Assembly: GCA_025927765.1 (NCBI GenBank)
Contig: JAICKU010000009.1
Coordinates: forward strand, 2,365 to 66,364
Origin: Burkholderiales bacterium
GTDB taxonomy: Bacteria > Pseudomonadota > Gammaproteobacteria > Burkholderiales > Casimicrobiaceae
Direction of reading: 5' to 3'
Length of the DNA: 64,000 nucleotides
How positions within the stretch are numbered: the first letter of the stretch is position 1; the number at the start of each line of letters is the position of its first letter. The notes under the pieces are model-generated. The model was not told where the DNA came from. It saw only the letters and a list, made by a program, of their open reading frames with translations, and searched no databases. The position numbers and the translations under genes are program-made. This document shows, one piece after another, positions 55,816-63,388 of this stretch.

Positions 55816-56654
55816 GTCGCCACGTGACGCCGCTGCGCTCGTTGAGGTGCGCGACCAGTCCTTTCGGTGCGCTGTTCATGCCGGCGCCGGCGGCCCGCGC
55901 GTGCGTCCACTCGACATGCAGCGACCCCGGACCATGGCACGCCTCGCATCCGACACCGAGCTCGCGCCAGCGCGTCGCGTAGCGGTTCGTCGTCGCGTCG
56001 TAGTTCTTGTCGAACCCCGTCACGTGGCATTCGCCCCACATGAAGTTCCAGTTCTGTGCGCTGCCCGTCCAATGCAGGATCGCCGTGGTCGATCGCCTGG
56101 CCGGGATAGAGATGAAACCAGCGCTGCCCACCCTCGCCACGCGCGCGCGTGTCCCATGCGATCGACAGCGCCTGCAGCCGGCCGTCGGTGAACGGGATCA
56201 GATACTGCTGCAGCGGATCGACGCCGAACGTGTACGCGATCTCGTAGTCGGTGAGGGCACCGTTCGGGCCGTCGGTACGCACGAAGAACTTGCCGTCACG
56301 TTTGAAGAACTTCGATTCGATGCGGCCGTCGCTGAATTTCGCGCCGTTGAAGTTTCCGCGCAGGCTGTGCGCGTCGGCCGATTGCATGGCGACCGCGTGC
56401 TGCGACGTTCGCCACGCCGCGAACGCCGCTTCGTGACATTGGCCGCACACCGCGCTGCCGACGTACGACGCGTTCGCGGCAGCCTCGGCTGTGACCTTCG
56501 CGGCCGGTGGGACGTGCGGCGGAGACGACGTGGCGCGCGCTTGTGCGGCCGGTGGCGAGGCAACACGCGTCGGCGCCTGCTGCACGTGTGCCGCCCACCA
56601 CGCGAGGAGTGCCGCACCAATGGTCGCGAATGCAACCAGCGCTGCTACGCGCAT
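55816..56654 (-). pseudogene. Frameshifted/truncated multiheme c-type cytochrome
   Basis: ORF 55812-56735 frame: TM anchor, CGQCHEAAFAAWRTSQH (CxxCH), ...WFHLYPGQAIDHGDP. Homology then continues in the ORF 55463-56140 frame: LHWTGSAQNWNFMWGECHVTGFDKNYD...VGCEACHGPGSLHVEW. The second heme site reads WGECH where CxxCH is expected. The rest of the family-typical protein is missing. Confidence 0.6.
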
Positions 56655-56750
56655 GCGCCGTGTCGAACGCGGCGCGGGAACCGCAGACGCGGCCGGCAGT
56701 CCGGAGCGGCGCCTGCGCGTGCGCCGTTTCGGCAAGGCGGCCCGGGCGGG

Positions 56751-57014
56751 TCAGCCGCGGCGTTTGCGGCCCATGAGAAGCGCCACGCCAAAGGCAAGGG
56801 CCGCGCCGGCCAACAGCCACCAGGCGGTCGTGTCCGTCGCTCGATCGAGGGCGCCCTGCTCGAGCGCCGCGTAGCGCGTGCTGACGGTGCTGCCCGGCTG
56901 GCCGTGCGAAACCGGATCGCTCGCGGGGAAGGTGTCGTCGATGGCGTCGTCGAGCAGGTGCTCTTCCCGCGAGTCGGACGACGGCGTCAGCTCGCGCGTG
57001 TAGGGGGTCGGCAT
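56751..57014 (-). CDS. Hypothetical small protein with C-terminal TM anchor
   Basis: I prefer ATG 57014. MPTPYTRELTPSSDSREEHLLDDAIDDTFPASDPVS... then TTAWWLLAGAALAFGVALLMGRKRRG. Confidence 0.5.
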   Translation of the reverse strand: MPTPYTRELTPSSDSREEHLLDDAIDDTFPASDPVSHGQPGSTVSTRYAALEQGALDRATDTTAWWLLAGAALAFGVALLMGRKRRG

Positions 57015-57140
57015 GCGGGTCTCCCGAGGGACGCAGACCGTGAAGTGTAATGCGCTCGATCCGCTTGCGCACCCTCGCACGCACGCCGCAGGATGTGCGG
57101 AATCGCGGACGTTCGCACCGGCGGTGCGCGCGAGGGGCCG

Positions 57141-57665
57141 CTAACGGATTCGCGCGTGACTCGCGCTGCCGGCGCAGTTTGCCGCGAGCATCGATGTGCC
57201 GACGGGCGTGAAGCGCCCGTAGCTCCCCAGATACGCGTTCTGCGCCTGGTACGCCTCGCGCTCGAGTTGCAAGGCCTTGTCGCAGTCGTAGGGCGCAAAC
57301 CCGCGGCTCGCCGCCTGCAGGTAATGGACGAACTCGTGCACGACGATCGACGCGGCGAGCAGGCTGCGCGGATCGGAGCCGTCGTTCAAGAGATCGCGCG
57401 CTTTCTCGTTGACGTAGACGACGTTCTTCCCGGTATTGGGATACCAGCCCCAGACGCGGCAGTGATGACCTGCGCAGGCGTTGTCGTCGAAGAACTGCTG
57501 CGGGACGTAGCGGACCGTCGGCATCGTCCTCGCCGCAGGATACTTCGACAGGCGGACGGCCCAGTCCATGAGCCCGGCGTACAGGTCCTGTTGCGAGGCG
57601 GCGGGCGTTACGGCGAATGCAGGAAGCGATACGAATGCAGCGAGAAGCAGGGTGAACAGGCGCAT
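57141..57665 (-). CDS. Secreted hypothetical protein with HExxH motif (possible zinc metallopeptidase-like)
   Basis: 174 aa. Signal peptide MRLFTLLLAAFVSLPAFA. HEFVH within AASIVVHEFVHYLQ. Several conserved-looking Cys residues. Confidence 0.6.
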   Translation of the reverse strand: MRLFTLLLAAFVSLPAFAVTPAASQQDLYAGLMDWAVRLSKYPAARTMPTVRYVPQQFFDDNACAGHHCRVWGWYPNTGKNVVYVNEKARDLLNDGSDPRSLLAASIVVHEFVHYLQAASRGFAPYDCDKALQLEREAYQAQNAYLGSYGRFTPVGTSMLAANCAGSASHARIR

Positions 57666-58077
57666 GTGAAATCTCCGATGTGCGACGCGCTTTCACCGCT
57701 ACACCGGAGAAACGGCACCGATGCCGAAGCTTCGTCGATTGAACGTCCTAGCTTGCGACGTTTCGATCCTGGCAAGCCTCGAGGAAATCCGTACGCAATC
57801 CGCGTGCCCCACCAAAGGTGTGCCGGACGCGACGAGGAGACCGGAATGCGCGGCTTCGACAAGGGGCCATCTGCGCGCCACGACGTCGGCAAATATCCCC
57901 GGCTGGATGGCGCGCGGTGACACCAACGGGTCAGCGCGTCCTACATCGATCGGAACCTGACGCGGACGCAGGTTTCGATGCGGGCCGCGCCGTGGCGCCG
58001 GGGTACATCGCGATGCTGGGCGCGACATGCCCCGGCTACGACTAGAATCGGCGCCATTCCATCTCTTTGCGCCAACG

Positions 58078-59346
58078 ATGAGTGCACTGCTCGGCTGCAT
58101 CGCGGACGATTTCACCGGCGCCACCGACCTCGCTTCGATGCTCGTCAAGCATGGCATGCGCACCGTGCAGACGATCGGGGTAACGGAGCGCACGCTTCCT
58201 TCCGATGTCGACGCGGTCGTCGTCGCGCTGAAGAGCCGAACGATCCCGCCGGCGGACGCCGTCACGCAATCGCTCGCCGCGTTGTCGTATCTCCAGCGGC
58301 TCGGCTGCCGCCAGTTCTACTTCAAGTACTGCTCGACGTTCGATTCCACGCCGCGCGGCAACATCGGACCGGTCGCCGATGCGTTGTCGGACGCGCTTCG
58401 CGTCGATTTCACGATCGCGTGCCCGGCGTTTCCGGTCAACGGTCGCACCGTGTACAAGGGCTACCTCTTCGTCGGCGACGTCCTGCTCGCCGAGTCCGGC
58501 ATGCGGCAGCATCCGCTGACGCCGATGACCGACTCGAATCTCGTGCGCATGCTGCAGGCGCAGACGTCGCGCAAGGTGGGCCTGTGCGGCTACGATGTCG
58601 TCCCGCGGGGCGCCGACGCCATTGCCGAACGCTTGCGCGAACTGCGCGAAGAAGGCATCACCTACGCCGTCGTCGATGCGATCCGCGACGCCGACCTCGC
58701 TGCGCTCGGCGAAGCCTGCGCCGGATTTCGGCTCGTCACGGGCGGCTCGGGCGCGGCGCTCGGCCTGCCCGAGAACTTTCGGCGCCAAGGCCTGCTTGCG
58801 CCCGGCGTCGACGCGCAAGCGTTGCCGCCGACGGACGGCTATCGCGCCGTCATCTCCGGCAGCTGTTCGGTCGCGACGAACGAGCAGGTCGCCGTCATGA
58901 AGCGGCACCATCCGGCGTTTCAGGTTCGTCCGCGGGCGCTCGCGGACGGCGAAAGCGTCGTCGTCGAAGCGCTCGCGTGGGCGCGGGCACGTATGACGCG
59001 CGAGCCGGTACTGATCTACGCGACGGATTCGGCCGACGAAGTGAAGACGGCGCAGCATCGTATCGGCGTCGAGCGCGCGGGCGCGCTCGTCGAGAACGCG
59101 CTCGCGGCGATCGCCAGGGGGTTGGTGGAGGCAGGCGTGGGGCAGATGATCGTCGCGGGCGGCGAGACGTCGGGGGCCGTCGTCAAGGCGCTCGGCGTCG
59201 AGAGCCTGCGTATCGGTCCCGAAATCGATCCCGGCGTGCCGTGGACGACGACCATCGGTTCGGCGAAGCCGGTCGCGCTCGCGTTGAAGTCCGGCAATTT
59301 CGGCAAGGCCGATTTCTTCGTCTCCGCATGGAAACATCTGCCGTGA
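58078..59346 (+). CDS. otnK: Four-carbon acid sugar kinase (DUF1537; 3-oxo-tetronate kinase family)
   Basis: I prefer ATG 58078 (MSALLGCIADDFTGATDLASMLVKHGMRTVQTIG, the family N-terminal signature). C-terminal ...IVAGGETSGAVVKALGV...GVPW.... Confidence 0.82.
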   Translation: MSALLGCIADDFTGATDLASMLVKHGMRTVQTIGVTERTLPSDVDAVVVALKSRTIPPADAVTQSLAALSYLQRLGCRQFYFKYCSTFDSTPRGNIGPVADALSDALRVDFTIACPAFPVNGRTVYKGYLFVGDVLLAESGMRQHPLTPMTDSNLVRMLQAQTSRKVGLCGYDVVPRGADAIAERLRELREEGITYAVVDAIRDADLAALGEACAGFRLVTGGSGAALGLPENFRRQGLLAPGVDAQALPPTDGYRAVISGSCSVATNEQVAVMKRHHPAFQVRPRALADGESVVVEALAWARARMTREPVLIYATDSADEVKTAQHRIGVERAGALVENALAAIARGLVEAGVGQMIVAGGETSGAVVKALGVESLRIGPEIDPGVPWTTTIGSAKPVALALKSGNFGKADFFVSAWKHLP

Positions 59347-60002
59347 CGCAGGTCGCGACGCACGGTGAAGAGCATCGATTGCGCGAGCAGATTGTCGCCT
59401 TCGGACAATCGCTGTTCGATCGTGGATTGACCGCGGGCAGCAGCGGCAACGTCAGTGCCCGCGTGGACGATGGCTGGCTCGTCACGCCGACGAACGCGAG
59501 CCTCGGTGCGCTCGATCCTGCGCGCCTGTCGAAGCTCGACTGGCAGGGCCGCCTGCTCTCGGGCGACGCACCGTCGAAGGAATCGATCCTGCACCGGGCG
59601 ATGTACGAAGAGCGCACGAGCGCGAACGCCATCGTTCACCTGCACGCGACGCACTCGGCCGCCGTCTCGTGCATGAGCGGGCTCGACGCGAACGATTGCA
59701 TCCCGCCGCTCACCGCGTATTTCGTCATGAAGATCGGCAAGCTCCCGCTGGTGCCGTACTTCCGGCCGGGCGATCCCGCGCTCGCCGGCGCAATTCGCGG
59801 CCTCGCGGCGAAGCACACGGCGGTGCTCCTCGCCAACCACGGTCCCGTCGTGTCCGGTCGCTCGCTGGAAGCCGCCGTCTACGCGATCGAGGAGCTCGAG
59901 GAAACGGCGAAGCTTTTCCTGCTGCTGCGCGGATCGCCGGTCCGGCCGTTGAACGAAGCGCAAGTCGCCGAGATTCACTCGGTATTCGGCGCCGGCGCCT
60001 GA
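59328..60002 (+). CDS. otnC: Class II aldolase/adducin family protein (3-oxo-tetronate 4-phosphate decarboxylase-like)
   Basis: This is the last 224 codons of the composite ORF 57978-60002. GSSGNVSARVDDGWLVTPTNASLG, AIVHLHATHSAAVS, LLANHGPVVSG. An alternative GTG start at 59343 overlaps the otnK stop (GTGA). Confidence 0.8.
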   Translation: METSAVTQVATHGEEHRLREQIVAFGQSLFDRGLTAGSSGNVSARVDDGWLVTPTNASLGALDPARLSKLDWQGRLLSGDAPSKESILHRAMYEERTSANAIVHLHATHSAAVSCMSGLDANDCIPPLTAYFVMKIGKLPLVPYFRPGDPALAGAIRGLAAKHTAVLLANHGPVVSGRSLEAAVYAIEELEETAKLFLLLRGSPVRPLNEAQVAEIHSVFGAGA

Positions 60003-60089
60003 GCGTTCGCAGGTTCATCCCCGCCTACACGGAGATGGTCGAGGGCCAACGATGACGTCAGCGTGAATCCAAGGACGTCGGGGGATGAG

Positions 60090-60242
60090 ATGAGCGTCAA
60101 CCCGGGTCCGTCGCGCGACGACATGAACGTCGATTCCGACGCGCCACACGACGGCACGAATGCCGGCCGCGGCGACGGGCGCACCCCGGGCTCGAACGTG
60201 CGGCCGGGCTACATGGGTCCGCAGGACATGCGGGGCCAATAA
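60090..60242 (+). CDS. Possible small Gly/Pro/Asp-rich protein containing imperfect 11-aa repeats (weak call)
   Basis: The frame is open from 60003 to TAA 60240-60242 with high GC3. ATG 60090 (or GTG 60063). Peptide ...NDDVSVNPRTS/GDEMSVNPGPS/RDDMNVDSDAP.... A strong hairpin follows. Confidence 0.3.
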   Translation: MSVNPGPSRDDMNVDSDAPHDGTNAGRGDGRTPGSNVRPGYMGPQDMRGQ

Positions 60243-60252
60243 CGAGCGATTG

Positions 60253-60278
60253 GCCGCCGCGTGCGATCACGCGGCGGC
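60253..60278. terminator. Perfect 11-bp hairpin between convergent genes
   Basis: GCCGCCGCGTG (60253-60263), loop CGAT, CACGCGGCGGC (60268-60278). It overlaps the stop codon (60267-60269) of the minus-strand multidomain gene. Confidence 0.5.
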
Positions 60279-62387
60279 GTCACGCGCGCACCGCGCGATC
60301 ATCCGCTCGTAGAGCGCGCGCACGGCGTTGCCTTCCGGGCCGGGAAGTTGCTCGAGGTCGGCGTCGGTGGCGCGATGATTGCGCAACGCGGCTTCGAGGA
60401 AAGCATCGACTTCGTCGGCCCTGGCGTCTGCCGCGAGCGACACGTCGAGGCGACGCGCGATGCGGCCGACGACGCCGCGCCAGTCGCCGAGCAGATCGGA
60501 ATACTGCACGTGCACCGCGCTCACGTCGCGCAATGCTGTGAACGCGTTTACGCGCTGCATGTATTCCGACCACAACGCGAGGCCCTGGCTCGTTGACATG
60601 TCGCTGCCGAGGGATCGCGCCACTTCGAGCGGGTTGCGCATGCATACCACATACGCGGGCCGATACCGGTGCTCCTTCAGCGCGCGATGCCACCAAGGCG
60701 CGAGGACGCACACACGCGGATCCTTGATGAGGATGAGCGGCGCATCCGCGTACTCCGATTCGAGAACGTCGCGGGTGTTCAGCAGGAACTCGTCCAGCAG
60801 CGGCCCGCTCGCGGGCAACTTGAAGTGGACGCGATTCCAATCGGCGCCTAGGTAGCGCATCAGACGCGCGTTCAGGTCGTTGACCGCTTCCGTCTCCCAG
60901 AAGCCCTTGGGATTGATGGCCAGACGCGCCGCAACGATGCGCTGTGGCAGAAATGCGCCGCACAGGTTCAGCACGCGCGCGAGCGCGGACGTTCCGCTGC
61001 GATAGGCACCCAGCACGACGATCGCCGTCTTCGCGGCGGGGCTCCGCCCGCGGTCGGTGCGTGCACGTGGCGTCACCACCGGTGTGCGCTGCAGCCAGTG
61101 GGCGCCAAGCGAGCGAAGCACCGGCACGGGGATGCGGTCGCCGCGGCCAGCGCGAAGCTCGGCGCGGAGCAGCACATCGCGATTCGCAGGGTGCAGCGGG
61201 CTGAACGGATTGGCCGCCGTGGCGTTCTCCGTCAACGCACGCGACAATCGGTCCTCCGCCGCGGCACGTCGCTCGCGCACGGCTGCCGCGTCGCTGCGCG
61301 CATCGCTGAGGTAGAGGTGCTCGGGAACGACCACCGGCTCGACGTCGCGCGCTGCGCGCTCGCGCAGATCGGCGCCGGGGTCGGGAACGTCGCGGAAACC
61401 GCCGAGCGTCCTGAAGATCTCGCGGTCGATGAAAAGATTGCCGTTCGATTCCAGTGCGTTGGAAATCATGATGGTGAAGCTGCCGGGCTCCCACCCCAGG
61501 GACTCGCCGGGACGCGACGCGGCTTCCGCGCCGTGGGAAGAGCCGTGGGCGGACGCGACGCGCGAGAAACCCCACGACGGAACGGGTCGCGCGATTGCCG
61601 CAACCAGGCGCTCGATGCGTTGCGGTGCGAACCATTCGTGGCCACTCAAGAATGCGAGGTAGCGGCCTTGCGCGTGGTCGGCGGCGGCGTTCGCCGCAAG
61701 CGCTTCGCTTGCCGGCGCCGCCGCGGTCACGCGGGCCGCAATGCCGAGCGTGGGCAGGCGTCGCGCGACGAGCGCCGGCGTCGCGTCGCTCGAGCCGAAA
61801 TCGGCGACGATCAGTTCCAGGTCCCGATAGGTTTGCGCGGCGACCGAATCGAGCGCGCGCTCGATGAAGGGGGCATCATTGCGCGTGGTGAGGACGACGC
61901 TGACGCGCGCCTCGACGGGCGGCGTTGCGGCCCGCTCGCGTTCGCGCGCGATGTACGCCCGAACGAGTTCCTCCTGTCGGTCATTGGCGCTCGGCCCCAG
62001 AAGCTTGGCGAGGACGAGGCCGAGATTGTGGCGAAACACGTCGTCGTTCCAGCCGGATCGCTCGCACGCCTCCCACAGGAGCGCGAGTGCTTCGGGATAG
62101 CGCATGAGCTCGAATTGCGCGACGCCCAGCATATGCAGCGACTCGACGTCGCCAGGATCGCGCTCGAGCGCACGCCGATACAGCTTTTCCGCGCGTCGCA
62201 GGGCGCCCGTGCGATGCGCGGCCAGTGCCTCGAGATGCAGCGGGGAGGGGACGGCGGACGTAACCGTGCCGGAGCCGATCGCCTGCGATACCGGCGCGCC
62301 GGGAACGGCAGTGCTGGGCGCGAGCGCGCCATGACAGTGCTTGATGCGCTTGCCGCTGCCACACGGGCAAGGTTCGTTGCGACTCAT
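60267..62387 (-). CDS. Multidomain protein: SEC-C metal-binding motif + TPR + degenerate GT2 glycosyltransferase-like domain + sulfotransferase domain
   Basis: I prefer ATG 62387 (MSRNEPCPCGSGKRIKHCHG, a SEC-C motif). TPR-like AEKLYRRALERDPGDVESLHMLGVAQFELMRYPEALALL. GT2-like VSVVLTTRNDAPFIERALDSVAAQTYRDLELIVADFGSSDAT, but YLAFLSGHEWFAP where the DxD motif is expected. Sulfotransferase 5'-PSB-like VVLGAYRSGTSAL and 3'-PB-like CMRNPLEVARS. Confidence 0.75.
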   Translation of the reverse strand: MSRNEPCPCGSGKRIKHCHGALAPSTAVPGAPVSQAIGSGTVTSAVPSPLHLEALAAHRTGALRRAEKLYRRALERDPGDVESLHMLGVAQFELMRYPEALALLWEACERSGWNDDVFRHNLGLVLAKLLGPSANDRQEELVRAYIARERERAATPPVEARVSVVLTTRNDAPFIERALDSVAAQTYRDLELIVADFGSSDATPALVARRLPTLGIAARVTAAAPASEALAANAAADHAQGRYLAFLSGHEWFAPQRIERLVAAIARPVPSWGFSRVASAHGSSHGAEAASRPGESLGWEPGSFTIMISNALESNGNLFIDREIFRTLGGFRDVPDPGADLRERAARDVEPVVVPEHLYLSDARSDAAAVRERRAAAEDRLSRALTENATAANPFSPLHPANRDVLLRAELRAGRGDRIPVPVLRSLGAHWLQRTPVVTPRARTDRGRSPAAKTAIVVLGAYRSGTSALARVLNLCGAFLPQRIVAARLAINPKGFWETEAVNDLNARLMRYLGADWNRVHFKLPASGPLLDEFLLNTRDVLESEYADAPLILIKDPRVCVLAPWWHRALKEHRYRPAYVVCMRNPLEVARSLGSDMSTSQGLALWSEYMQRVNAFTALRDVSAVHVQYSDLLGDWRGVVGRIARRLDVSLAADARADEVDAFLEAALRNHRATDADLEQLPGPEGNAVRALYERMIARCARDAAA

Positions 62388-62552
62388 CGTGTACGTAGGA
62401 GCCTTGCGAGCGCGAGGCGTGCAGATCGAGGCCGCGATTATCGCTTGCGGCCCGCGTGCACGCCGATCGCAACGCACCGCACGGCGGGGTGTGCGTATGC
62501 GAAGTCTGCCTTTGGTAGTATCGCGATCGCTCGCGACATCGAAATCGTCCAA

Positions 62553-63224
62553 TTGCCTTTGCTCGGGTCACCCTCGGCCGTCGCGCACGCCAGCGCCGAT
62601 ATCACCTGGCAACCGAGCCGGGTCACGAGCGCGGAACGCGCGCGACTGCTCGCGCACGAGCCGGTCACGCTCTGGCTGACGGGGCTGTCTGCTTCCGGCA
62701 AGTCGACCCTTGGCTTCGAAGTCGAACGCAAACTGGTGGCCATCGGTCACGCCGCGGCGGTGCTCGATGGCGACAATCTGCGCCACGGTCTTTGCCGGGA
62801 CCTGGGGTTCGCACCGCACGAGCGACACGAGAACCTGCGACGTGTCGCAGAAGTCGCAAGGCTCATGAACGACGCCGGACTGATCGTGTTGAGCGCGTTC
62901 ATCTCGCCGTACCGCGACGACCGGGCGATGGCGCGGCAGATCATTGGTGCGCCGCGCTTCCTGGAGGTTTACGTTGCCGCGGGCCTCGAAGCGTGCGAGG
63001 CGCGCGATCCGAAGGGGCTTTATCGGCGGGCGCGCAGAGGCGAGATCGCGGAGTTCACGGGAATCTCCGCGCCCTACGAAATTCCCGAGCATCCCGCGGT
63101 CACGCTCCACACGGAAGTCGATGGCGTCGACGCGTGCGTGAGGCAACTCATGCAGGCGATCGAGCCTTGCCTCAAAGAGCAGGCGCGCAGCGAGCTGAAG
63201 CGCGAGGGCGATCAGGCGTGCTGA
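62553..63224 (+). CDS. cysC: Adenylyl-sulfate (APS) kinase
   Basis: This is the C-terminal ~220 codons of the composite ORF 61098-63224. ADITWQPSRVTSAERARLL, P-loop LWLTGLSASGKSTL, LDGDNLRHGL, ISPYRDDR. There is no in-frame ATG or GTG near the start, so a TTG at 62553 or 62559 is assumed and the start is uncertain. Confidence 0.85.
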   Translation: MPLLGSPSAVAHASADITWQPSRVTSAERARLLAHEPVTLWLTGLSASGKSTLGFEVERKLVAIGHAAAVLDGDNLRHGLCRDLGFAPHERHENLRRVAEVARLMNDAGLIVLSAFISPYRDDRAMARQIIGAPRFLEVYVAAGLEACEARDPKGLYRRARRGEIAEFTGISAPYEIPEHPAVTLHTEVDGVDACVRQLMQAIEPCLKEQARSELKREGDQAC

Positions 63225-63274
63225 TGCAGTTCGATCACGTGACGATCGGGATCGCGCACGAAGGTCGCCTGGGC
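63212..63274 (-). pseudogene. Possible C-terminal remnant of a glyoxalase/VOC family gene
   Basis: The tail of ORF 63212-63463 reads ATFVRDPDRHVIELHQHA then a stop, which is the typical last beta-strand motif (F-x-DPDG-x-x-IEL) of VOC proteins. The upstream part of that ORF is Arg-rich nonsense. Confidence 0.3.
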
Positions 63275-63388
63275 GCATAGCCGCCGCCTTGACTTCCGGT
63301 GGCGGGAGCGCTTTGATAATCGCCCAGCCCGCTCGTCCCACCGTGGTGGCGGGAGCGGAGCGCGCTGAACGGAGCGAGGAGACCGATC

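Noticed and set aside
57978-59327. The first ~450 codons of the 674-aa ORF 57978-60002.
   Set aside because: This is an out-of-frame overlap with the otnK gene and reads as Arg/Gly-rich nonsense. Only the last 224 codons (class II aldolase) are credible.
61098-62552. The first ~485 codons of the 708-aa ORF 61098-63224.
   Set aside because: It is antisense to the SEC-C/TPR/GT2/sulfotransferase gene. APS kinase homology begins only near 62590.
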